From: Carpediemonas membranifera BICM
Lineage: Eukaryota > Protista > Fornicata
Reading direction: 5' to 3'
Assembly (NCBI GenBank): GCA_019828565.1
Contig: JAHDYR010000012.1
Coordinates: forward strand, 248,001 to 312,000
Length of the DNA: 64,000 nt
In this document: positions 51,340 through 61,007 of the stretch, piece after piece
Layout: each line of letters begins with the position of its first letter
Position numbering within the stretch: position 1 is the first letter of the stretch
Notes under the pieces: model-generated
Databases searched by the model: none
What the model was told of the DNA's origin: nothing
Seen by the model: only the letters and a program-made list of their open reading frames with translations
Program-made: the position numbers and the translations under genes

Positions 51340-53145
51340 TCACCCCTTGAGATCCCGGACGAACGACAACAACGCCTCCGACTGTTTGGCAGCCCTCAGC
51401 CCGCCGTCGATGGCGGCTACGACGTGCAGACCCACGTCCCGGTCGAGGAAGTCTGCCAGGGTCTGGATCAGGTGAGATGACCGTTTGCTGAGCCGCTCCC
51501 GTCTAAACAGAGTGGTGATAGCCGTGTTGAAGCTAGAGATCGCCTGCCGCGCCCCAACGCTCTTCAGCATCGCCGGGGCCGCGGGTTGGATGAAAGCGAG
51601 CGTCCTGCTCGTGGTATGTGTATGCAGGCCGACAGTTACGACGACGTGCTCGTCCAGCGGCCCATCAAACATGTGGGATGACTCCAAAGCTGCTTTGAGA
51701 TCCTCTGCTGCTGCTATAGGACTATCAACGGCGTACACATCGCCGTCCTCTGGCGGCCCCCCCAGCAGCGTGCGGTACTGCTCCGCGGAGTCGGGCAAGA
51801 GGCTGATGGCGCTGAGGGTGATCTTGGGCGTGAGGCTCGACGTGAGATGGCCCGACTCGACTGTGAGCTGGCTGACGATCTCCGCCATGACCCGCGGCTG
51901 CATGAACACCGAGTGGACCCCGGCCGGGCTCCATGGTCGGCCCAGGAACACGACCGTGGCCGACCTGGACCTGGCAACGTCCCCTGCAATGTCGGCGAGC
52001 ATGGGCGCGAGCACCTCTGGGGAGAGGTCGACGGCCCGGTCAGGGTGGACAGTCTTGGGGTGCCGGCCGCCGTATCGGACCATGTGACTGTGGACGAGGA
52101 CAGTGTCGCCGTCCCTCTCGATGAACGGGGCCTGCTGGGCCGTGGCCGGGGCTGTGGGGTTGAGTGCCACAGTCACCGTCCTCGGGGCCGCTCTCCTCTC
52201 GGGGCTGGGCGGGGCGGACTTGGGCGCCTGTCGCCTCAGCGAGGACACCGCGTCGGACATGATGCCGTCCATAGCAGCCACACCGTCCTCCACGGCCTGC
52301 TGCAGCTCCTGGTACTCCCCCCACAGCCTGTTACAGCAAGCAATGACGGGGGCAGGGTCAACCGGGCCGGGTTGGGGCGTCGCGTACTTCTCCTGGAGGG
52401 CCCGGAGCTCCGTCTGCTTCTGGGCTGCCTTTCTGCGGGCAATCTGCAGCTGCGCCTCGAGGTCGTCGGCCCGCTCCCGCTCCTTGGCAGCCTCCTTCTT
52501 GGCCGCCGTCACACGGGCGCTCTCTGCCTTAAGCACAGACTCCGCCAGCATGTGTGTGGAGTTCGACGCCAGAGCTGCAGTGATCTTGCCCTCCAAGGCC
52601 AGCAGACTGGTCTCATCGAGGGGGTTAACGTGTATGTTGAACAACCGGCCCAGTCGGCCCCACACCCCACTGTCCGTGGGGATCAGCGTCGTGTGGTGCA
52701 GTCTGGACTCCGCCTTGGTGTGTCTCAGCCCCTCTTCGGCCAGGTCGTCCTCTAGTCTGGCGACGTCGGATCGAAGCTCCTCGAGCTCGAGCAGACGGTC
52801 CCTGACAAAGGGAGGAACCACTTCTAAGAGGATCGCCTCGAGCTTCTCAATGCGGCTGATCAGCTCGTGGCGCTCGCCACGGGCGTATGACACGAAATCT
52901 TGCGTCTTCTTGCCAGACCAGGCGGAAAGAACCACCGCTGGGGCCGCAAGAAGGGGCTGATAGGGGTCCCGGTTAAACCTCGTGCGGGAAATGTTGTAAG
53001 GAAGGATGTCGAAGACGTTGGTCTGCTCCTGTGGCGCTGGCGGCGGATTGTCAAAGGTCATCGGCTTAGACGACGGTGTAGCTGATGCCAGTGAACGTGA
53101 AGGACTAAATGGGTTGTATTGGCTAGACATATGTGATTGAAACAT
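51340..53145 (-). CDS. Coiled-coil protein with C-terminal degenerate kinesin-motor-like domain
   Basis: Stalk followed by a ~280-aa domain ending SHLIQTLADFL...VVAAI...SEALLSF, like the kinesin C-terminal helices. No P-loop. Confidence 0.55.
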   Translation of the reverse strand: MFQSHMSSQYNPFSPSRSLASATPSSKPMTFDNPPPAPQEQTNVFDILPYNISRTRFNRDPYQPLLAAPAVVLSAWSGKKTQDFVSYARGERHELISRIEKLEAILLEVVPPFVRDRLLELEELRSDVARLEDDLAEEGLRHTKAESRLHHTTLIPTDSGVWGRLGRLFNIHVNPLDETSLLALEGKITAALASNSTHMLAESVLKAESARVTAAKKEAAKERERADDLEAQLQIARRKAAQKQTELRALQEKYATPQPGPVDPAPVIACCNRLWGEYQELQQAVEDGVAAMDGIMSDAVSSLRRQAPKSAPPSPERRAAPRTVTVALNPTAPATAQQAPFIERDGDTVLVHSHMVRYGGRHPKTVHPDRAVDLSPEVLAPMLADIAGDVARSRSATVVFLGRPWSPAGVHSVFMQPRVMAEIVSQLTVESGHLTSSLTPKITLSAISLLPDSAEQYRTLLGGPPEDGDVYAVDSPIAAAEDLKAALESSHMFDGPLDEHVVVTVGLHTHTTSRTLAFIQPAAPAMLKSVGARQAISSFNTAITTLFRRERLSKRSSHLIQTLADFLDRDVGLHVVAAIDGGLRAAKQSEALLSFVRDLKG

Positions 53146-53324
53146 GCTCTATAGCGCTACCGACCGTATTTGGCGCAGAATTCGCTCGCAGAGGACGGCT
53201 GGAAAATGAACGCGTCAATCGTTCCCCGCTATACATATGGCGTGGGATGCTGCTGTACCCGCTACCCAGGCCCACCAAGGTCTGCTCAGCATAGCTTACA
53301 TTTATGTGACATATAACAGGCAGA

Positions 53325-53873
53325 TTAGATCAGGAGGGCGACAAGGGCGACAATCAGCGCAATGCTGACGGACCACATCCGGGCGTCCGACAAGATGATG
53401 GTGCTCTCATACGTGGCCGATGATGCGCCGCATGCGAAGAGCTGAAGAGTGACTTCGCGCTCGGAGGAGCCAATGGCCTCGACGTTTGAGAGGAAGATGT
53501 CGATGAGGTCGCTGGCCGTGTATGGGATGCTGATCATGTCCATCACGCCCTGGATGCCGTCGACGGGGAGTGTCAGGTTGAGGGGATAGATGGCTTCGGT
53601 GGCATCAAGGAACTCGTCAACATCAAAGCAGTTGCCCCGCTCCGTACGGGCAGCGGAGAGCGTAGTATCCTGCAGGAGGTCCTTGAAGCGGTCGTTAGAG
53701 AAGGTAGCGACGACCTCGATGGAGGAGCCCGCCACAAAGGTGGCCAAAGGCCATTTGAGCTCGGTAACCTGGTTGATCAGCACCTTGTCGCCTGTAACCG
53801 GGGCAGTGAAGTCGGTACAGGATGCAAATGTGGCCAGTACAGCGATAGAGAAGAAGAGAGGGATGAAGCCCAT
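53325..53873 (-). CDS. Small secreted/surface protein with C-terminal hydrophobic (GPI-like) anchor
   Basis: Signal peptide MGFIPLFFSIAVLA and terminal WSVSIALIVALVALLI. Confidence 0.65.
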   Translation of the reverse strand: MGFIPLFFSIAVLATFASCTDFTAPVTGDKVLINQVTELKWPLATFVAGSSIEVVATFSNDRFKDLLQDTTLSAARTERGNCFDVDEFLDATEAIYPLNLTLPVDGIQGVMDMISIPYTASDLIDIFLSNVEAIGSSEREVTLQLFACGASSATYESTIILSDARMWSVSIALIVALVALLI

Positions 53874-54634
53874 CGGCGAATTTCGGCTTTCGTTGTTGTG
53901 CCAAAAATGGCCGGCAGTCACAATCGCGACAGCCGAGCAGACCGGGGCCGTGCGGCGTCCTCGAGACTCGCTGGCGCCCGGTGGCCGCCTCATTTCCCGC
54001 AAACGAGGCCCCACGACACGCCGCAGTTTAATATAAGTCGCCACTAGGCGCGGTCGTCCTCAGCCAGGGCCTTGAGCATCTCCAGCTCGCTATGCGGGGC
54101 CGTCTTCAGCACTTGCGCTCGGTGCAAGCGGGCCCGCCTCACCAGGTGCCACACGGCGATGCCGCTCATGAGCACGCACAGCGACGCCGCGATGAGGTCC
54201 CCAATGGGGCTGGCTGCGATGACCGCCTCTGGCGTGCCGATGGTGAGCCCCAGGACGACCATGAGCGGGGTGCCGACGAGCACGTGCCGGGTCAGCATGA
54301 CGATCATGCCCAGGGGCGACAGCTTGATGGCCATGAAGACCAGCGTCACCGGGCTCTGGAAGCCGACAACGAAGAAGGCCAGGCAGTAGATCCGGGCGAA
54401 CGTGGTCCCGATGGCGATTGTGTGCGGGTCGTCCGTGAAGATCCGGAGATACAGGCGGGGAAACAGCAGGACAATCACCCAGGCCGCCAGGCCGAGCGCG
54501 ATGCCGGTCAGCACGGAGAACGCGATCGTCTGGCTGAGCCGCTTGTACCGATGCGAGCCGTAGCAGTACCCAGCGAGGGGCAGCGCCCCTTGCCCCACCG
54601 CCATCAGCGGCACGAAGAGCAGCAGGTAGCTCCG
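53844..54634. repeat. Inverted duplication arm 1 (791 bp; partner 55929-56719)
   Basis: Reverse complement of 55929-56719; one mismatch seen (54573/55990). Confidence 0.92.
54044..54634 (-). pseudogene. 5'-truncated duplicate of MATE transporter
   Basis: Encodes the last ~195 aa of 54768-56519 with one V>A change. Confidence 0.85.
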
Positions 54635-54767
54635 GGCCCACTGACCCTGCCAGAGCTAACATCTAGGCCAGTCTGCCCAGTGATGCACTCAAGCCCGTAC
54701 TAAATCTCGTAAAAGATTCACTGCGCTCGACTCTGTCAGTGCCGCGACGACGAGCGTCCCACCTCGT

Positions 54768-56519
54768 ATGTATGGGAATAGCGACCCATTGAGCGGTGAA
54801 AGTGACAGTAGCTCTCATCAGCATCAATCTGACGATGATTTTAACTCCAGTAGTGATTCTGGCCTCTCAGGGGACATCGTTGACGCCATTCCTGTTCATA
54901 ACCCGGAACCCGACAGATGTAGCGATCATCATGCACATACGAGCGATTCATCCAGCTCATCCTCGCCAATGTACAGATCAGACGCCGACGAGAACGACGA
55001 GGACGATGATGCGGCAGCCTTGCCACAGTATCCGGCCGCCAGCGGCAGCAATGAGGCAGAAGACCCGCCCAAGCACGCTCACGCCTTCATGGCGACGCGC
55101 CCCATCCCCCTCTTGTTCATGCAGTTTAGCGTCCCCGTGGGGTTCGGCCTGCTCGTCAGTATGGCGTATTCTATCGCCGACATGGCGCTAGTGGGCCACG
55201 CCTCGACCGGCGGTGACATGGCGATGGCAGCCATCGGCCTCTTCTACCCGCTCGAGAGCATGGCGGCGGGCATCGGCACGGGCCTCGGGACCGGCCTCAA
55301 CGCGGGGCTGTCACAGGCCCTCGGGGAGCAGGACTACCCGAAGGCGTGTCGGACGATCGGCAACGCCATACTGATGGCTCTGGCGATATTCATCACATAC
55401 CCGGCAGCGCTCTTCTTCCTGCTGCCCCGGTTCTTAATGATCAGCGGGGCAAACGACGACATCATGGCCCACGCCCTGCCGTACGGCCGGATCCTGCTGG
55501 CATGCGCCTTCGCACAGGGCATCTTCATCATGACCAACAACCTCCTTCGGGCAGACGGCAAGCCCAACGTCGCGATGGCCAGCATGACTGCCTCTGCGGC
55601 CATCAACATCACCCTCGACGTTGTCCTGATCTTCGGCTTCGGCCTGGGAACCACGGGTTGTGCCATTGCAACAGTGATCGGCCAAGGGCTGCCTTCAGCT
55701 ATAATCCTGGCCTACTTTACGTTTTTCAGCAAGACCGGTGTAAGAATCCGGCTATCGTCCTTCAAGCCCGACCTGCGTCTCATGTGGCATATCTTCCTTG
55801 TCGGCATCAGCCTCTTTGTCCAGCGCATCGGGCAGTCCATCAAGCTGTTCGTCATGAATGTCATGTTTGAACGAATCATATCCAGCGATGAGATCGGATA
55901 CTATCTTGCTGCAAACCAGAGTGTATCGCGGAGCTACCTGCTGCTCTTCGTGCCGCTGATGGCGGTGGGGCAAGGGGCGCTGCCCCTCGTTGGGTACTGC
56001 TACGGCTCGCATCGGTACAAGCGGCTCAGCCAGACGATCGCGTTCTCCGTGCTGACCGGCATCGCGCTCGGCCTGGCGGCCTGGGTGATTGTCCTGCTGT
56101 TTCCCCGCCTGTATCTCCGGATCTTCACGGACGACCCGCACACAATCGCCATCGGGACCACGTTCGCCCGGATCTACTGCCTGGCCTTCTTCGTTGTCGG
56201 CTTCCAGAGCCCGGTGACGCTGGTCTTCATGGCCATCAAGCTGTCGCCCCTGGGCATGATCGTCATGCTGACCCGGCACGTGCTCGTCGGCACCCCGCTC
56301 ATGGTCGTCCTGGGGCTCACCATCGGCACGCCAGAGGCGGTCATCGCAGCCAGCCCCATTGGGGACCTCATCGCGGCGTCGCTGTGCGTGCTCATGAGCG
56401 GCATCGCCGTGTGGCACCTGGTGAGGCGGGCCCGCTTGCACCGAGCGCAAGTGCTGAAGACGGCCCCGCATAGCGAGCTGGAGATGCTCAAGGCCCTGGC
56501 TGAGGACGACCGCGCCTAG
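54768..56519 (+). CDS. MATE family efflux transporter (MepA/NorM-like)
   Basis: YSIADMALVG, LRADG, INITLDVVLIFGFGLGTTGCAIAT and ~12 TM helices. Confidence 0.92.
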   Translation: MYGNSDPLSGESDSSSHQHQSDDDFNSSSDSGLSGDIVDAIPVHNPEPDRCSDHHAHTSDSSSSSSPMYRSDADENDEDDDAAALPQYPAASGSNEAEDPPKHAHAFMATRPIPLLFMQFSVPVGFGLLVSMAYSIADMALVGHASTGGDMAMAAIGLFYPLESMAAGIGTGLGTGLNAGLSQALGEQDYPKACRTIGNAILMALAIFITYPAALFFLLPRFLMISGANDDIMAHALPYGRILLACAFAQGIFIMTNNLLRADGKPNVAMASMTASAAINITLDVVLIFGFGLGTTGCAIATVIGQGLPSAIILAYFTFFSKTGVRIRLSSFKPDLRLMWHIFLVGISLFVQRIGQSIKLFVMNVMFERIISSDEIGYYLAANQSVSRSYLLLFVPLMAVGQGALPLVGYCYGSHRYKRLSQTIAFSVLTGIALGLAAWVIVLLFPRLYLRIFTDDPHTIAIGTTFARIYCLAFFVVGFQSPVTLVFMAIKLSPLGMIVMLTRHVLVGTPLMVVLGLTIGTPEAVIAASPIGDLIAASLCVLMSGIAVWHLVRRARLHRAQVLKTAPHSELEMLKALAEDDRA

Positions 56520-56719
56520 TGGCGACTTATATTAAACTGCGGCGTGTCGTGGGGCCTCGTTTGCGGGAAATGAGGCGGCCACCGGGCGCCAGCGAGTCTC
56601 GAGGACGCCGCACGGCCCCGGTCTGCTCGGCTGTCGCGATTGTGACTGCCGGCCATTTTTGGCACAACAACGAAAGCCGAAATTCGCCGATGGGCTTCAT
56701 CCCTCTCTTCTTCTCTATC
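55929..56719. repeat. Inverted duplication arm 2
   Basis: See arm 1. Confidence 0.92.
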
Positions 56720-56795
56720 TCCGTTGTACTGGCCCCGCATCCAAACATCTACTTCCAGGCCTCGCCTATTTACATTGTACCCTTTGATTATACGC

Positions 56796-57770
56796 TCAGC
56801 TGTACATATCCCGCCTGGGCTGGATTGCTGCTGGTGACTCCATCGCAGTCGCAATCCCGCCCAACGGCACGACCAGGTGCGGTGCCGTCGGTGTGGGCAC
56901 CACCACTGTCGGGGCGGGCGTGTAGTGCTGGACTGGGGTCGGCATGGGCACGGGCCTCGACCCGGCGAGCTGGGGGCCGTCGGATAACAGCAGACTGACG
57001 TAGAAGACCGCCGACTCCATCATTAGGGCGGTCAGGGCGCATGCGGCGAGTCGTAGGATGAGGGGGTACGCGAGAACCACACCCGCGACACCCGATGAGA
57101 GCGCGACGACAGCGAGGGCGGCCAGTGTCGCGACGAGGAGCAGGCCAGTCAGCACCAGCCGGGTAACCCCGATACGTCTCACCTCCTTGCCGAATCTGGG
57201 GTTGAACGACCCGACCCAGAACATGCCGCACCCCGGGAGACAGCAGGTGGCCACTGCGAGGTTCACCGCACGGGGACGCCGACGGGGCTGGGTGACGGTT
57301 GCCCTGTCATCGATGATCGCGTGCTTCTCGCGGGTGTTTGTGATGCCGTCATAGATCGTGGCGAGCTCAGCGACAAAGAAGACGGCCATCGCGGGGAGAC
57401 GGAACACAGCGACGATGCCAGCGAGGTGAGAGACGCAGATGAGAGCGAAGGATACGACTAGTGCAATGAGATATCGTCTACTGCGGATGATGGCGAAGGC
57501 GATGAGCACAAGGAAGGCAAGGAAGTCAAAAACAATGCCGGTAGCGATGAAGGCGGTGGCATAAAGGGCCACAGACATAGCTACAAAGAAGGCAACAATG
57601 GCAAGACCAGCAAAAGTGGCTAAAGCAGCCGCACTGAAGCATGGGCAGCATATGATGATAATAACGATGAGCAGGGCAATAGAGACGGGCGCTAGTGGGA
57701 CGGGCGATGAAGCTGCGCCAAAACTAGCAACTTCGGACATAGAAACCGCCTGGAACGGCGTCGAGTCCAT
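56796..57770 (-). CDS. Hypothetical multi-pass membrane protein
   Basis: About 6-7 hydrophobic segments and a Pro-rich tail. Confidence 0.6.
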   Translation of the reverse strand: MDSTPFQAVSMSEVASFGAASSPVPLAPVSIALLIVIIIICCPCFSAAALATFAGLAIVAFFVAMSVALYATAFIATGIVFDFLAFLVLIAFAIIRSRRYLIALVVSFALICVSHLAGIVAVFRLPAMAVFFVAELATIYDGITNTREKHAIIDDRATVTQPRRRPRAVNLAVATCCLPGCGMFWVGSFNPRFGKEVRRIGVTRLVLTGLLLVATLAALAVVALSSGVAGVVLAYPLILRLAACALTALMMESAVFYVSLLLSDGPQLAGSRPVPMPTPVQHYTPAPTVVVPTPTAPHLVVPLGGIATAMESPAAIQPRRDMYS

Positions 57771-57814
57771 CACAAAGAGATAACGGCGGGTGGTAGCAGT
57801 TTAGTGCACGGAAG

Positions 57815-57857
57815 TGTGCTATTGAAGGGTCAAACAATGTGTTTATACTGCGCAACA
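57815..57857 (+). mobile_element. Solo 43-bp terminal unit of family B
   Basis: TGTGCTATTGAAGGGTCAAACAATGTGTTTATACTGCGCAACA is the reverse complement of 20638-20680 with 3 mismatches. Flanks GGAAG/CAAAG do not form a perfect TSD. Confidence 0.85.
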
Positions 57858-57993
57858 CAAAGACAGCTGCGTGGGGGCACGTGTGGCAGTGCCTGACATG
57901 TTAGTAGGGCCTACGAATACATGGAAACCCACGGCACAGCGCCGCCGCCTCCATCGAGGCAGTAACACGCATTTATGTATATGTATATCAGTG

Positions 57994-60078
57994 TCACGCC
58001 ACCCCGCTGGAGAAGCCGTCCGAGTCCGACCCGTCCGAGTCCGACACGGCGTTGGGCCATGTCCCGCTGGTGTCTGTGTCTGTCTCGACGTCCTTGAGCC
58101 CGATGCCGCTGTCCTCACAGTAAATGTCGATCTTGGACCTCCGAATCACAGGGCCACCCCCGTATATGCGGTGGAAGTGGCTCCAGACCCTCGGGTGGAC
58201 CCCCCTGTAGTCGAACAGCTTCCTCAGCCCGGGGCGGGGGGCGTTGTCCCGCAGCAGAGTGTCGTTTGATATGGGACCCGGCGGGTCTGCCTTGGAGTCG
58301 CGGGCGACGAACTCACGCCACAAGGCCAGCCACCGCTCGTCAATGAGGTACCACGTGTCCGAGAAGACCGTGTCACTACCGTACAATAGATCCCTCTCGT
58401 AAATACGGCGGGCCCCGAAGGTGTCAGGCGACCCCGGCGACACGAGCGCCTTGCCCGCCTGCTGGAGCCGCCTCCTATTCCTGTCGCAGTGCCTGATGAG
58501 GGTCGCCCTGTCGACCGAGTCGAGGGAGTCCATGCCCAACCCGACCTCCGTCAGCGACGTGTTGGCTGTGACGGCCTCAAGAATGGTCAACCCGCCCTGG
58601 ACAGACACGCTCGAGTCCCACATGCGGATGACCTGCAGCGTCCGGTTGGTCTCGACGAGCCTGGCCATGGCCTGGGCACCCTCGTCGCCGGAGTAGTTGT
58701 TCGCGGCGTCTAGCACCACTAGCGCGGTGTTGGACGTCAAGGCGTTGGCTAATGCGGTAACTCCCCTGGCCTGGAACTGGTTGTACCCGACGGCGAGCTT
58801 CGTCAGCGTGGTATTCGACACCAGCCCGTGGGCAAGGTCAACTGCCCCATGTGGGCCCATCGCATTGTGTTCAGCGTGCAGCGTCCTCAACGTGGCATTT
58901 GCGGCCAGCATATCCCCAAGATAGCCGGCTCCCTCGGCCCGCAGCTTGTTGTTGCCGATATTCAGTCGAGTCACGGTCGTGTTCCCCTTGAGCGCCTCTG
59001 TCAGCGCCAGTGCTCCGGTTGGACCGAGGTTTGCACGCGATACGTCCAGTGTGCTAAGTGCGAGGGTCCAGACCGCGAGGGCAGAGGCCGCGCTAACAAC
59101 AACAGGGTTATCGTTCCTGACAGCCAGGTTCGATATGAACTCACCTACGCCGCGGGCAGTGGTGATACAGGCCTTGAGTCTGCCCTGGTCGGCTGCGGCA
59201 GTCAGCTCGTGTTGCAACATGAGCTGGTAGAGCAGGGAGCGCCAGAAGCGTCTGTTGGACCCGCCTCTGTCAGTGTAGGGGAATACCTTGGGCCGGGTGG
59301 GGGGCCTGACCATCATACAGTTGGGTTCAGAGCCCAGGAGGGACTTGGCCGTGACGACATCTGACATGGGCCTGGAGATCGTCCGCGACTCACAATACGG
59401 TGACACCAGTGGCATGGTTGACTTGAGTGACACGCAGGCGGGCTTGTATCCATCCTCACTTGCCGGTGAGTCTCGGATTACATCCACTGACCTGAAGTCA
59501 CCAGGGGCGAGCGGAGTCGATGACTCCGAGTCAAGCGGCGAGAGGAGCGTCGGCGTGGGACGCTGGCTGACATGATGGACTGAGTGTGCCTGGTGCTCCA
59601 GGGATGGGGGAAGCACCCACCTTGCCTGGCACACCATGCAGGCCCGCTCTTCGGTTAGGAAGGGGACCATGTCGCGGACGATCGTTGGAAACGGTGCGGT
59701 CAGGACCATCTCGTAGAAGACGTCGTCGGGCAGCATCTCGATGTCCTCTGCCGCGAGCCGTCGGGACGAGAGCGCAGTGCCCACTGCGGAGATGAGGGGA
59801 AGATTCTGGAGGAAGGAGGATGCGAGAGCAATGTCCAGCAGGAAGTCATTCTTGCATGTGCCGAAGAAGGGATCTGGGGGCGGTGCGCCGTGTTCAACGT
59901 AGTGGGCCGAGAATCGCATGCATATGTCGAGTGCGCGGCCTGAGAGCGACGGGAAGTGCACGGTGTCCTTCATTACATTCCTTAAAGATGATCCAAGGCC
60001 ATCTTTGGCTTTCATTTTCTCATTCGCTGAAACAGCATCGTCCTCGTCGTTCGCAGCGGACCAGAAATTTTCCAACAC
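57994..60078 (-). CDS. Ribonuclease-inhibitor-like LRR protein with C-terminal DUSP domain and Skp1/BTB-like N-terminus (5' end uncertain)
   Basis: 28-aa repeats LxxNxTLxxLxLxxN; WYLIDERWL...PPGPISND...DYRGV...W...YGGGP DUSP motif. Confidence 0.8.
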   Translation of the reverse strand: MLENFWSAANDEDDAVSANEKMKAKDGLGSSLRNVMKDTVHFPSLSGRALDICMRFSAHYVEHGAPPPDPFFGTCKNDFLLDIALASSFLQNLPLISAVGTALSSRRLAAEDIEMLPDDVFYEMVLTAPFPTIVRDMVPFLTEERACMVCQARWVLPPSLEHQAHSVHHVSQRPTPTLLSPLDSESSTPLAPGDFRSVDVIRDSPASEDGYKPACVSLKSTMPLVSPYCESRTISRPMSDVVTAKSLLGSEPNCMMVRPPTRPKVFPYTDRGGSNRRFWRSLLYQLMLQHELTAAADQGRLKACITTARGVGEFISNLAVRNDNPVVVSAASALAVWTLALSTLDVSRANLGPTGALALTEALKGNTTVTRLNIGNNKLRAEGAGYLGDMLAANATLRTLHAEHNAMGPHGAVDLAHGLVSNTTLTKLAVGYNQFQARGVTALANALTSNTALVVLDAANNYSGDEGAQAMARLVETNRTLQVIRMWDSSVSVQGGLTILEAVTANTSLTEVGLGMDSLDSVDRATLIRHCDRNRRRLQQAGKALVSPGSPDTFGARRIYERDLLYGSDTVFSDTWYLIDERWLALWREFVARDSKADPPGPISNDTLLRDNAPRPGLRKLFDYRGVHPRVWSHFHRIYGGGPVIRRSKIDIYCEDSGIGLKDVETDTDTSGTWPNAVSDSDGSDSDGFSSGVA

Positions 60079-60142
60079 GCGGCAGGACTCAACGCAGCAT
60101 GCCCCAACACCACACGCCGCCCCATTACCGTATCTATACAGT

Positions 60143-60819
60143 TTACACCAGCCCCGACTCGATGAGTTTGTCCGTGAGCGCCCGTATGCGGCTATCCTTC
60201 AGCTTCACCAGCTGCTGCAGCTTCTCCACCTTGATTTCAAGGACCTTGTTGGCCTCTTCCAAGTCGCCGATGCGCTGCTCCTGCTCCTGCATGATCTCCA
60301 TCGTCTCCTGCTCCGCATAGTCCGGCTCAGGCTCCCTCTGCTGCCGACGCGGTTTGATTGGCGCCATGGCCTGGCTGAGCGGGATCTCGCGGGGCTCGGG
60401 CTGGTCGTCGTCCCGGGAGGACATCGACCGGCTCGCCTTGTTCGCCATGTAGTACTCGATGGCGTCCCGGATGTCTAGGAGCACGGGCTCGATCGACCCG
60501 GGCACGGCGTTTACGATGTCCGTGATCTGGTCGTTGGGGAGGCGCACATGGAGGCGCCGAAGGACTTTGCGCTGGAGTGTCTCCCAGTTGTAGCGCTTCG
60601 CATGCGTAGAGGAGGCGCTCTGGTAGTTGTGTAGCTCTACAATGCGAGGAATGAAGTTGGCAATGACCTCTGCGGCCATAACACCGTCGCTGAAATCACG
60701 GCTGATATTTCTCTTCGGCCTTGAAAGCTCGATCGCATCAATCCACTGTGGTAAGCTAGAAAAGGTAAACTAACATGATAGAGATCCTGAAGTTCCTCCT
60801 CGGTGATCGGTTGCGCCAT
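60143..60819 (-). CDS. SPEF1: Sperm flagellar protein 1 / CLAMP; intron 60746-60774
   Basis: LYHWIDAIELSRPKRNISRDFSDGV, VELHNY and C-terminal KVEKLQQLVKLKDSRI. Confidence 0.9.
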
Positions 60820-61007
60820 ACTGCCGATGCCTAATTGTGCGCATTTTATGTCACCAGAATTTTGGGGGATTTAGTGGGCGGGTAGCTCAAAAAGATGCGT
60901 GAATGATGTCAGTGATGAGTGGACGTGTGCTTTGCCTGCTGAAGCACGACCAAAAGCGCCAAGCATGGTACTCTTATCCACCCATTACCAAGAATTAAGA
61001 CAGACAT

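Noticed and set aside
56519-56998. ORF sharing its N-terminus with 53325-54044
   Set aside because: By-product of the inverted duplication. It has a GTG start and runs antisense into the 56796 gene.
60900-60945. Possible C/D-box snoRNA (GTGATGA...CTGA)
   Set aside because: The boxes are only ~20 nt apart and there is no terminal stem or identifiable guide.
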